From the NCBI RefSeq assembly GCF_051307035.1, contig NZ_CP195536.1, forward strand, positions 810,001 through 842,000: a stretch of 32,000 nt of DNA, read 5' to 3'. The notes beneath the pieces are model-generated. The model saw nothing but the letters and a program-made list of their open reading frames with translations. It ran no database searches and was not told where the DNA came from. Source of the DNA: Psychrobacter sp. DM4. Its GTDB lineage: Bacteria > Pseudomonadota > Gammaproteobacteria > Pseudomonadales > Moraxellaceae. Positions 9,061 to 18,003 of the stretch are shown here, piece by piece. The position numbers and the translations under genes are program-made. Positions within the stretch are counted from its first letter, which is position 1, and each line of letters starts with the position of its first letter.

Positions 9061-10218
9061 ATGAAATTTCTGATATGTGCCAACTACTTACCTCACGTGC
9101 TGAACTTTCGCGGTAAGCTATTACTAGACATCGCAGCGCTAGGCTATGAGATACATGTGATCGCACCAGATCTAAAAGAGCATATTGCAGACTATAACAC
9201 GCTGCTTGATTTGGGCTATGTGCTACACGAAGTGCCTATGCAGCGTACTGGGACTAACCCTATATCAGATACCAAAACCCTAATAGCGATATATCGACGA
9301 CTACGCGAAATACAGCCTGACTACATGCTCTCATATACCATCAAGCCAATTATCTACGGCACGCTAGCTGCTTGGCTTGCTAAAGTACCTAAGCGCTTTA
9401 TTCTACTCTCAGGTCTTGGCTATACCTTTCAAGAGGTTGAAGAGTCTGGTAGACGCAGTGGCTTTCAAAAGCTCGTCCATGGCCTATATCAGCAAGCCTT
9501 GTCTAAATCGACCAAAGTATTTTTTCAAAATCCTGACGATCTAAATTTATTTAAGACCCTCAATTTGCTTGGTGAAAGTACACCTGCTGTCGTCGTCAAT
9601 GGCTCAGGGGTAGATGTTGCTGATTTTAGCGTGCTGCCTTTTCCTCAAGATGACGCAGGACAGATCAAACCGTCCTTTTTATTGATTGCTCGATTGCTCA
9701 AAGATAAAGGGGTCGTCGAGTACGTTGAGGCCGCCAAAATAATTAAGCAGCAATATCCAGCAGCTGAGTTTCATTTGGTGGGCTATCTAGATGAAAATCC
9801 AGCCACTATAGATCAGTCGCAGCTCGATGACTGGGTAGCTAGCGGCATTATCAACTATTGGGGCAAGCTCGATGATGTACGACCTGCTATCGCTGCCAGC
9901 TCCATCTATGTATTGCCTTCTTATAGGGAAGGCACGTCGCGCTCTGTGTTAGAGGCAATGGCGATGGGTCGACCTATTATTACGACAGATGCACCCGGTT
10001 GCCGCGAGACGGTAGTAGAAGGCAGTAATGGCTATCTAGTCCCAGTCAAGTCTATCAATGAACTAGCAGACGCCATGGAGAAGTTAATCGTCAATCCTGA
10101 CCTGATTACGACTATGGGGCAAGCCTCTCGCGCATTGATTGAGGACAAGTTCGACGTTCGTAAAGTCAATCAGTTTATGATAGCAGAAATGGGACTGAAC
10201 AAGCAGAACCTGATTTGA
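9061..10218 (+). CDS. Glycosyltransferase family 4 (CapM/EpsD-like subgroup)
   Basis: MKFLICANYLPHVLNFRGKLL...GYEIHVIAPD at the N-terminus. LIARLLKDKGV and SYREGTSRSVLEAMAMGRPIITTDAPGCRETV form the GT4 C-terminal half. ATG 9061 is preferred to GTG 9052, but start choice is uncertain because no clear SD is present. Confidence 0.8.
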   Translation: MKFLICANYLPHVLNFRGKLLLDIAALGYEIHVIAPDLKEHIADYNTLLDLGYVLHEVPMQRTGTNPISDTKTLIAIYRRLREIQPDYMLSYTIKPIIYGTLAAWLAKVPKRFILLSGLGYTFQEVEESGRRSGFQKLVHGLYQQALSKSTKVFFQNPDDLNLFKTLNLLGESTPAVVVNGSGVDVADFSVLPFPQDDAGQIKPSFLLIARLLKDKGVVEYVEAAKIIKQQYPAAEFHLVGYLDENPATIDQSQLDDWVASGIINYWGKLDDVRPAIAASSIYVLPSYREGTSRSVLEAMAMGRPIITTDAPGCRETVVEGSNGYLVPVKSINELADAMEKLIVNPDLITTMGQASRALIEDKFDVRKVNQFMIAEMGLNKQNLI

Positions 10219-10432
10219 GGTTATTCAATATAGATAAGACAGATCAAGAATTTTTCTGACTCCAAAGCTATCAGTTTATAGATTAGATTCAAGTCAAAAA
10301 ATTAATAGGTGCTAGGCACAAACAATCTTACTGTATAGTGATAGATACTATCGTTTTAGACAAACTATTGATATTTATTCAGTTTTTGATGTCAATTGAT
10401 GATCTATCTCGTATTAATTACTTGAAAGTTGT

Positions 10433-11758
10433 ATGGTTATTTTTAAATCATACGCTATAATTGCCGGATTTTTGACTCTTACCTTACTATGCAAATTTAA
10501 GACAATCATTATGCTCACTATGAAAGTATTTACGTATTTGCGATTCTTACCTGTCCAGCTGTTAGTCGGCTTGTTATTTTGTACTTGGATCCCTTACCTA
10601 TTATTTGATTGGAACTACCCTTATTCAGCGATGACTCGCGAGACGACCTTTAGTATGCTTGTTAGTGGGATGCTTACGGTATCGACATTATTTACGTTAC
10701 ATTTTATCCGTCAGTTCCCAGGAATCAATTCTAGCTCATACATATTGCCTGTATTTATCTTTTGGTTTGCAGTCATTGCTATAATAGCTGGTATTACTTA
10801 TTTACCGTTTTCTATTTTTTATTACCTTTTAAGTAGTTTCTGCTTACTCAGTTTTTTATTTATTATTAATATTATTAAACGTCGTAATATCACCCAAACC
10901 TTTGCCTACATTCCAGTAGGTAGAGCGATAGATATGCCGGAACAAGTTCCAGAAGCAACTTGGGTAAAGCTTGAGACTACTTATTTAGATCAAGAGGTCA
11001 ATGGCATCGTGACTGATTTGCACAGTTATGAGTTGACTGACGAATGGGAGGAGTTCATTGCTAATAAAACCCTACAGGGCGTGCCAGTATATCATCATCG
11101 TAATATACGTGAGTCTCTGACGGGTAGGGTCAAAATAAACCACCTATACGAAAATGAGCTTGGCTCTTTGTTACCATCTGCAAACTATATGATGGTTAAA
11201 TATTGCCTTGATATGTTGATCATAGTATTGTTGTTGCCAGCTACGCTAATTATTTGCTTGCTGACGGCTATCGCAATCAAACGCGAAGATGGTGGCAAGA
11301 TATTTTATGTGCAACCAAGAGTAGGGCATCGCGGTAAGACCATCAAGGTTTACAAATTTCGCAGCATGCGTGAACAGGCAAAAGAGGTTCTGACTGTTGA
11401 TAATGATGATAGAATTACTAAGGTTGGCAAGTTTATCCGCAGAACGAGAGTAGATGAGCTGCCTCAGTTCTTGAACGTCATCAAAGGTGAGTTGAGCCTA
11501 ATTGGTCCTAGAGCAGAGTTTGTCGACTTTGCGGTCAAGCTTGAAGAGCAAGTGCCTTTCTTTAACTATCGACATATTGTCAAGCCAGGCATATCAGGTT
11601 GGGCGCAGGTCAATCAAGGCTATGCTACGGGCCCTGAGGAAACTCAGCTAAAAATTGAGTATGATTTTTACTATATCAAGCATATTTCTTTTACACTAGA
11701 CTTAATTATATTTTTTAGAACGATTCATACCACGCTTACAGGATTTGGGTCGCGCTAG
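10433..11758 (+). CDS. Large polyprenyl-phosphate glycosyl-1-phosphate transferase (WbaP/EpsB-type initiating transferase with N-terminal TM bundle)
   Basis: The C-terminal bacterial sugar-transferase domain reads KIFYVQPRVGHRGKTIKVYKFRSM...VDELPQFLNVIKGELSLIGPRAE...KPGISGWAQVNQGY. The N-terminal 150 aa form several TM helices, followed by a central soluble domain. The start could also be an internal ATG at about 10511 or 10520. Confidence 0.85.
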   Translation: MVIFKSYAIIAGFLTLTLLCKFKTIIMLTMKVFTYLRFLPVQLLVGLLFCTWIPYLLFDWNYPYSAMTRETTFSMLVSGMLTVSTLFTLHFIRQFPGINSSSYILPVFIFWFAVIAIIAGITYLPFSIFYYLLSSFCLLSFLFIINIIKRRNITQTFAYIPVGRAIDMPEQVPEATWVKLETTYLDQEVNGIVTDLHSYELTDEWEEFIANKTLQGVPVYHHRNIRESLTGRVKINHLYENELGSLLPSANYMMVKYCLDMLIIVLLLPATLIICLLTAIAIKREDGGKIFYVQPRVGHRGKTIKVYKFRSMREQAKEVLTVDNDDRITKVGKFIRRTRVDELPQFLNVIKGELSLIGPRAEFVDFAVKLEEQVPFFNYRHIVKPGISGWAQVNQGYATGPEETQLKIEYDFYYIKHISFTLDLIIFFRTIHTTLTGFGSR

Positions 11759-11824
11759 CCTTGTCGAATTAAGAGGTTAATGCAAGACTTTGCGCCCAAT
11801 CACCTAGACTAAGAGTACATATTT

Positions 11825-13303
11825 ATGACCATACATTTGCTTCGCCGTCGTCTGAATACTTTGGGTATCGTTAGTATTTGTCTTGGAGTTGGTTTTGCCA
11901 GCACACTCGCTAGCGCGCAAAACCTGCATATGAATGATCTAAAGCTCAAAGCTGATATCGACTGGCTCAATACCCAAGGTGTTACTCAGATCAGCACCAG
12001 CACTTGGCCACTGACCGCAAATGAGATTAGACGTAACTTAGTCAGTGCTCGCGCGCAGACTGTAGCGCAGCAGCAAGTATTACAATCAGTACAGACTAGG
12101 TTAGATAATAACCGTGAGTCTGTGGTGCAAGCTTTTGGGGAGTTAAACCTACAAACCAATCGTCAGCAACTGCCGCAGACCTTTGGCGATGATAAGCTAG
12201 CAGGGCAAGAGCTAAGCGTTGGATTGGGCTTGACCGAAAAAGACTGGGAGGTCAATCTACAAGCAACTGTCAAAAACGATGAGCTCATCGATGATGACTC
12301 AGATGTGAGCTTTGAGGGTTCCTACCTTGCGGGTAATTACGCCAACCAGTGGCTGATCGCGGGTAAGATACCAGCGTGGTGGGGTCCGGGTAATGACGGT
12401 AGCTTGATCCGCGGCGATGCGAGTATTCCTGTGACAGGGTTTACGATGCAACGAGATATGCAGACCGCACCAACTAATCAGTATTTAAATTGGGTAGGAC
12501 CTTGGCAGTATCAACTGTTCGCAGGTCAGATTGATGATTATGACGCAGTACCAGAAGCTAAGCTTTTTGGCGCGCGTCTGACCGCTAGTCCGCTACCTTG
12601 GTTAGAGCTTGGCGCTTCTCGTACCTTTATGTGGGGCGGTGAGGGTCGACCTGAGAGTCTAAGCTCTTTTGGTGACGCATTGTTGGGGACTCGTGATAAT
12701 GAATCTACTAACAGCAGTAATTCAGACCAAGATCCTGCCAATCAGCTTGGTGGCTTCGATGCTAGAGTCCAGCTGTCGTCATTGGTCAACGTTCCAGCTA
12801 GTGTCTATGCGCAATACGTTGGCGAAGATGAAGCAGGCGGCTTACCTGCCAAAAATATGTATTTAGCAGGGGCGGATTATGCCTCCGATTGGTACGGTAA
12901 ACCTTATCAACTCTATGCTGAATACGCAGATACTCGTAGTAGCGGCGAGGTTAGAGGAGGGTCGTATGATCATTTTATATACACTGACGGCTATTATCAG
13001 CAGGGTTATCCATTGGGTCATTCGCTAGGTGGTGATGCTGAGAGCGTTTCAGTTGGTAGTCGATTGTGGCTAGATAATCGTAACTTTATTAATGCAAAAT
13101 TGCAGTATGCCAAAGTGAATCAAGCGGATGAAGCTGATAACCAAGCGTTTCCAGAAACGGACGAGCTGACTGCCGTTGATATCTCATGGGAGCATCAGTT
13201 GCAGCCTATGACTAAGATTACCACCAGACTTTGGGCAGTAGACTCTGATACTCAGTCTAGTGATGTTGGTGCTGGAGTAGGAATAGAGTTCAAAACTTAC
13301 TAG
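11825..13303 (+). CDS. wzi: Capsule assembly outer-membrane protein Wzi (beta-barrel lectin that anchors capsule)
   Basis: Signal peptide ending in ...TLASAQ. LKADIDWLNTQGVTQISTSTWPLTANEIRRNL matches the conserved Wzi N-terminal helical bundle motif. The remainder is rich in aromatic and Gly residues, beta-barrel-like, and ends in ...GIEFKTY with an aromatic terminal residue. Confidence 0.85.
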   Translation: MTIHLLRRRLNTLGIVSICLGVGFASTLASAQNLHMNDLKLKADIDWLNTQGVTQISTSTWPLTANEIRRNLVSARAQTVAQQQVLQSVQTRLDNNRESVVQAFGELNLQTNRQQLPQTFGDDKLAGQELSVGLGLTEKDWEVNLQATVKNDELIDDDSDVSFEGSYLAGNYANQWLIAGKIPAWWGPGNDGSLIRGDASIPVTGFTMQRDMQTAPTNQYLNWVGPWQYQLFAGQIDDYDAVPEAKLFGARLTASPLPWLELGASRTFMWGGEGRPESLSSFGDALLGTRDNESTNSSNSDQDPANQLGGFDARVQLSSLVNVPASVYAQYVGEDEAGGLPAKNMYLAGADYASDWYGKPYQLYAEYADTRSSGEVRGGSYDHFIYTDGYYQQGYPLGHSLGGDAESVSVGSRLWLDNRNFINAKLQYAKVNQADEADNQAFPETDELTAVDISWEHQLQPMTKITTRLWAVDSDTQSSDVGAGVGIEFKTY

Positions 13304-13320
13304 TACTGCGCTCAAGAACT

Positions 13321-13350
13321 AAAAAAAGACCTCTAGTAGGTCTTTTTTTT
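13321..13350 (+). terminator. Rho-independent terminator, potentially bidirectional (A-tract / hairpin / T-tract)
   Basis: AAAAAAAGACCT-ctagt-AGGTCTTTTTTTT. The 6-bp core stem AGACCT/AGGTCT (13327-13332 / 13338-13343) is extendable by A:T pairs, has a 5-nt loop, and is followed by a T-run to 13350. It lies 18 nt after the wzi stop. Confidence 0.8.
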
Positions 13351-13577
13351 ATGGCCAAGATATAGCTCCTATTGATGAGTGTATTAAATATAACTAATAC
13401 TGAAAAGGAATTCATACCTTCTAAAGCTTTGATATTATTGACTTTACAGGTAGGTTGATATCAGTTGACCTTATAGTTAAGGAATATTTGTCTGGTTTAA
13501 ATGCTTAGTTATGTTGCGTTATTAATGGCATAAGTGTATATTCAGTAACTATATATTCTATTTTGTGAATTTATATA

Positions 13578-13623
13578 TTCATAAATGTATATATCTATCT
13601 TATAAAATATATACATTTATGAA
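13578..13623 (+). promoter_or_regulatory. Perfect 17-bp inverted repeat with a 12-nt spacer in the wzc 5' leader; candidate operator or RNA hairpin
   Basis: TTCATAAATGTATATAT (13578-13594) and ATATATACATTTATGAA (13607-13623) are exact reverse complements. The repeat lies 71 nt upstream of the preferred wzc ATG (13694). Confidence 0.5.
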
Positions 13624-13693
13624 AAGTGAATTATTTTGCAATAGTTATTCTACATCTAAAGCAGTTACAACCACTGAGACACTGAGTAGGCTT

Positions 13694-15916
13694 ATGAAAA
13701 TAGACTCAAGTAAAAAGTCAGAATCTATAAATAGGCAAAAAAACAGCGAACTTGATTTATTAGGTCTGTTCGATGTCTTACGCTGTGAGTGGAAGATTAT
13801 ACTTTTATTTGTGTCACTAGGAATAATACTAGCAGTCTTATATTCCCGTTATGTCACGCCAATATACCAGTCAGATGCGCTTGTGCAAGTCGATGAAAAT
13901 TCGCAAGGCATACCAGGCCTTGGTGAAAATATATCTGGTCTTATCGATACTGAACAGAGTAAGTCTCAGGCAGAAACAGAACTCATAAAATCACGTATGG
14001 TATTAGATCCTGTGGTGAATTTACTACATTTGCAGATTCGTCTAAGCGATCCTACTATTAGTGTGATTGATAAAATTACAAGAGATAAAATAAATACTCA
14101 ACTCAACACAACCGATGAGGTGTCGCTGCAAACGAGCGATGGACTTGCTCAAATCAGTCAGTTTGAGGTCGCCGCAGAGTATCTTGATCAGCCTTTTACC
14201 TTAATAAGATCAGGTACTGGATTTACATTAAGTAATGCGGCCGATGAATTCAAGGGTCAGTTGAATGTACCACAGCAATTTAATGGCACAAATGGCGATA
14301 TTCAAATTACAGTGCTCAATCTCCCTAGTAGTCAGCAACCCATAGCCATCACCAGACAGTCTATACAGTTTACGACAAATAACATTAGTAGTAGGTTAAA
14401 GGTCATAGAAAAAGGGGATTTGAGCGGTATCATTCAGCTATCTATGACGGGATCCAATCAGCAACAAGTAAGCGGCATTCTAAAAGAGATCGTCATATCG
14501 TACGTCGAGCAAAGTGAAGCCCGCAGCGCTGAGGAAACTACAAAGACGGTTGCCTTTATGGGAACCCAAATTCCTCTCCTTAAGCAAAAGCTCGAAAAAT
14601 CAGAGGCAGTCTTTAATACCTTTCGCGAAAGATACGGCACTATTGATGTTGGCCGAGAAGCTGAGCTGTTATTGACAGAAAATGCGCAAATTGAGACTCA
14701 GCTCAACGAGCTTAAGTTAAATAAAGCGGAGCTAACCACTTACTACACCGATGAGCATCCGATGGTCATTCAGATTAACGATCAGCTCAGAGTATTAAAT
14801 GATAGAAAACAGAGTATCAATAATACGGTTGCAGGCTTGCCTGAGATTCAACGAGAGTTTTTACAGTTATCAGAAGACGTTGCCATCAACCGAGAAATCT
14901 ATCTCACTATGCTCAAAAATTATGAGCAACTCAAAATTGTTGAAGCGGGTCAAACGGGGTATACCCGTATCGTAGATCTCCCAGTAGATACCTATGTACC
15001 TATTGCTCCTAATAAAACGCTTATCATTCTAGCAGGACTCTTATTTGGCGCCTTACTAGGCATCATGTCCGTGATGCTAAAACATCTCTTAAGAAGCGAC
15101 GTAAAAGATCCTAATGGTCTAGAAGACAGAATGGGCGTGCCTGTACTGGTGATGATACCGCGCTCGCAACCACTCAAAAAATTAATCGATGGCAAAAAAT
15201 CAGCGGGTCGATTGCTCACTTATATCGATAAAAGTAGCCTGAGTTACGAGGCTATCAAAAGTCTTCGAACGTATCTGATGCTCGGTCAACCTGCTATGAG
15301 TAAAGCTCGAGCAGTTGGTGCCGACAGTACTCGTGGTCAAGTTATCCTTATCACAGGAGAGAGTCCTCATGGTGGCAAGTCCTTTATTACGGCCAATTTA
15401 GCAGAGGTATTCTCTCATCTTAACAAAAAGATTCTGGTGATAGACGCCGATATGCGTATGGGCAACCTGCATAGTGTTTTTGCAATAGAACAAAACTTTG
15501 GTTTGAGTGAATACTTCACTGGTGAGGCAGATTCGGCATCACGCATCACGCATGTCACGCTTATAGATAACATTGATTTTATACCGCGAGGACAAAACGC
15601 GCACGATCCTTCCTCTTGGCTTGCTAGTGATAAATTTAGTGATCTGATGGCACAGCTTGCAGGACATTATGACTACATACTCATAGACTCACCACCTGTA
15701 CTGGCCGCCTCAGATGCAGTCATTATTTCGCAATATGCTGATACGGTGCTAATGGTGACCAAATACAATGATCCGTTAGAGGAGCAGTTGGCCTATGCTA
15801 TCAAGCAGATGGAGAAGGCAAATACCAAAGTTGATGGCATCGTGATCAACGATATGCAGCAAAGCAAAAAGGACAAGCGCAGCTATTATTACAATTACGA
15901 ATACGGTAGCAATTAA
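13694..15916 (+). CDS. wzc: Polysaccharide co-polymerase / tyrosine autokinase (PCP-2a, Wzc)
   Basis: N-terminal ELDLLGLFDVLRCEWKIILL TM1 followed by TPIYQSDALVQVDEN (the Wzz/PCP motif), then a long coiled-coil periplasmic region and TM2. The C-terminal BY-kinase has Walker A GESPHGGKS, Walker A' ILVIDADMR, Walker B DYILIDSPPV and a Tyr-rich tail RSYYYNYEYGSN. ATG 13694 gives a length and N-terminus comparable to E. coli Wzc; the ORF-track GTG at 13565 is judged an artefactual extension. Confidence 0.9.
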   Translation: MKIDSSKKSESINRQKNSELDLLGLFDVLRCEWKIILLFVSLGIILAVLYSRYVTPIYQSDALVQVDENSQGIPGLGENISGLIDTEQSKSQAETELIKSRMVLDPVVNLLHLQIRLSDPTISVIDKITRDKINTQLNTTDEVSLQTSDGLAQISQFEVAAEYLDQPFTLIRSGTGFTLSNAADEFKGQLNVPQQFNGTNGDIQITVLNLPSSQQPIAITRQSIQFTTNNISSRLKVIEKGDLSGIIQLSMTGSNQQQVSGILKEIVISYVEQSEARSAEETTKTVAFMGTQIPLLKQKLEKSEAVFNTFRERYGTIDVGREAELLLTENAQIETQLNELKLNKAELTTYYTDEHPMVIQINDQLRVLNDRKQSINNTVAGLPEIQREFLQLSEDVAINREIYLTMLKNYEQLKIVEAGQTGYTRIVDLPVDTYVPIAPNKTLIILAGLLFGALLGIMSVMLKHLLRSDVKDPNGLEDRMGVPVLVMIPRSQPLKKLIDGKKSAGRLLTYIDKSSLSYEAIKSLRTYLMLGQPAMSKARAVGADSTRGQVILITGESPHGGKSFITANLAEVFSHLNKKILVIDADMRMGNLHSVFAIEQNFGLSEYFTGEADSASRITHVTLIDNIDFIPRGQNAHDPSSWLASDKFSDLMAQLAGHYDYILIDSPPVLAASDAVIISQYADTVLMVTKYNDPLEEQLAYAIKQMEKANTKVDGIVINDMQQSKKDKRSYYYNYEYGSN

Positions 15917-15943
15917 TAGGACTCGGACAAGCAGGTAAATATC

Positions 15944-17896
15944 ATGATTAAAAAACTAGAATATAGTGATAGTTATCAGACAAAAAGCGGTGAGCGCTAT
16001 CAAATGACTCAGTGGCTGATGTCATTACCGCGTAACCTAAAACGCCTCATTTTACTGAGTACTGACTTAGTCATATCAGTCGCCTGCGTATTTTTTGCCC
16101 TGTCTTTACGTTATGGCTATATCGCCAACCATGTTAGTCCCTTAGAGCTTGTTCTTTATGTTTTGCCTGCTGTGATTGGGTTGTATTGGATTGGATTCTA
16201 TCAGAGCGTCACAAGGATATTTTGTGATGCGGCGATGCATCAGGTGCTCAAGCTATTTGTCGTACTTATTATCGCTTATCAGGCAATTAACTATATCGAA
16301 TGGATGTCCATTGTTCCGCGCTCAACGCCCTTTTTATTTTTATTTTTATTGTTTATCTGGTTGTGGGGTAGTCGCCTAAGTATTCAGACTTTGTTAAGCC
16401 GTGATCATAGCGGACAACAAAGAGCGTCTTCTGATAATAATTCCTGCGAGAACATTATTATATATGGTGCAGGTTCAGCGGGTAAAGAGCTTGGTGATGC
16501 CTTAAAGCGCTCTTGTAAGTACCATGTTGTCGCTTATATCGACGATGATCCGCAGTTAGTCGGTGCTTACCTATTAGGAAAAAAAATCTATGCAGCACAT
16601 GACTTGATCGCTTTGATCGAGAAGCTAGAGGTTGCACAAGTATTTGTCGCACTACCATCGGTGAGCCGAGTCCGGCGCCGACAAGTCATCGATGAGATAT
16701 CAGAGATCGCAGTCAAGATTAAACAGCTGCCAAGCTTACATGAGATTGCAGATGGCATTGCGACTGTAAGTGATATGCGTCCTGTTGATATCTTGGATGT
16801 GTTGAATCGTCAGACGGTAGAGCCTGATATTCAGCTACTGGGTAAGAATATCGCTGGCAAGAATGTCTTGGTCACTGGTGCTGGCGGCTCTATTGGTAGT
16901 GAGCTGTGCCGACAAATCCTACAAAATCAGCCAAAATGTTTGGTGCTCTATGAGTTGTCTGAGTTTGCGCTATATGACATTCATCAGCAGCTGAGGATAA
17001 TACAAAGTGAGCATCCTGCTTATCAAAGTATTGAGATCACCGCCATGCTAGGCAATGCGACCAACGAAGACAAACTACTTAAAGTATTCGACAACTACCG
17101 CATACAGACGGTATACCATGCGGCCGCGTACAAGCATGTGCCCATCGTCGAACACAATCCTTTTGAGGGCGTTATCAACAACGCTAAAGGGACTTACCAC
17201 TGCGCTTATGCTGCGATGCAAGCTCATGTTGAGACCTTTGTGCTGATCTCAACGGACAAAGCCGTTAGACCTACTAACATTATGGGGGCCTCTAAACGCT
17301 TGGCCGAGCTGGTTTGTCAGGGATTGAGCCAAGAAGATAGCGCGACCTGTTTTAGTATGGTGCGCTTTGGCAATGTATTAGGGTCATCAGGTTCTGTAAT
17401 TCCTCTATTTACTAAGCAGATTGAGAGAGGAGGGCCTATTACCGTCACTCATACCGAAGTAACTCGCTACTTTATGACGATTCCAGAAGCCGCAAGTTTA
17501 GTTATCCAAGCGGGCGCGATGGCAACGGGTGGTGAGGTGTTCGTCTTAGACATGGGTGCGCCTATCAAGATTATGGATCTTGCCAAGCGTATGATCTATC
17601 TGACGGGTTGTAAGCTCAAGGACAAAGACAATCCTAACGGCGATATGGAAATTGTTGTGACTGGACTCAGACCTGGTGAGAAGCTATACGAGGAGCTTAT
17701 CATTGGCGACGATAATGTCGAGACAACGCATCATCCTCTCATTCGCCAAGCGATCGAACATAGCTTTGCATTGGAGGATATCGAGAACATGCTATCTCAG
17801 CTCATTTATAGAGCTCAGATAAATGATATTGAATGGTTAAAAGAGGAGTGCATACACTTTGTAGAAGGCTATCAGGAGAACACAGCTACCGCATAG
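15944..17896 (+). CDS. Membrane-anchored UDP-N-acetylglucosamine 4,6-dehydratase (CapD/PglF/WbpM family)
   Basis: N-terminal TM helices after LPRNLKRLILLSTD. Two Rossmann motifs are present (IYGAGSAGKEL and VTGAGGSIGSEL). YHAAAYKHVP and STDKAVRPTNIMGASKRLAE are hallmark CapD/PglF segments. The start could alternatively be ATG 16004. Confidence 0.9.
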   Translation: MIKKLEYSDSYQTKSGERYQMTQWLMSLPRNLKRLILLSTDLVISVACVFFALSLRYGYIANHVSPLELVLYVLPAVIGLYWIGFYQSVTRIFCDAAMHQVLKLFVVLIIAYQAINYIEWMSIVPRSTPFLFLFLLFIWLWGSRLSIQTLLSRDHSGQQRASSDNNSCENIIIYGAGSAGKELGDALKRSCKYHVVAYIDDDPQLVGAYLLGKKIYAAHDLIALIEKLEVAQVFVALPSVSRVRRRQVIDEISEIAVKIKQLPSLHEIADGIATVSDMRPVDILDVLNRQTVEPDIQLLGKNIAGKNVLVTGAGGSIGSELCRQILQNQPKCLVLYELSEFALYDIHQQLRIIQSEHPAYQSIEITAMLGNATNEDKLLKVFDNYRIQTVYHAAAYKHVPIVEHNPFEGVINNAKGTYHCAYAAMQAHVETFVLISTDKAVRPTNIMGASKRLAELVCQGLSQEDSATCFSMVRFGNVLGSSGSVIPLFTKQIERGGPITVTHTEVTRYFMTIPEAASLVIQAGAMATGGEVFVLDMGAPIKIMDLAKRMIYLTGCKLKDKDNPNGDMEIVVTGLRPGEKLYEELIIGDDNVETTHHPLIRQAIEHSFALEDIENMLSQLIYRAQINDIEWLKEECIHFVEGYQENTATA

Positions 17897-18003
17897 TCTG
17901 TACTCTGACAGCTGTTAATTAGTAGCCAAGTTGAGGTCATTTAAGTCGCTTATGCAGGACAAAAACCTAGCATAGGTAGCTCTTAGATTTATTTTATAGT
18001 GAG

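Noticed and set aside
13565-13693. GTG-initiated N-terminal extension of wzc (MNLYIHKCIYLSYKIYTF...). Similar ORF-track extensions occur at 1268, 1857, 9052, 25544, 28600 and 30459.
   Set aside because: The extensions run through the upstream gene, through an SD sequence, or through the AT-rich palindromic leader. The internal ATGs give N-termini matching the conserved family starts and have better SD spacing. The wzc extension encodes Tyr/Ile/Lys-rich sequence typical of translated AT-rich non-coding DNA.
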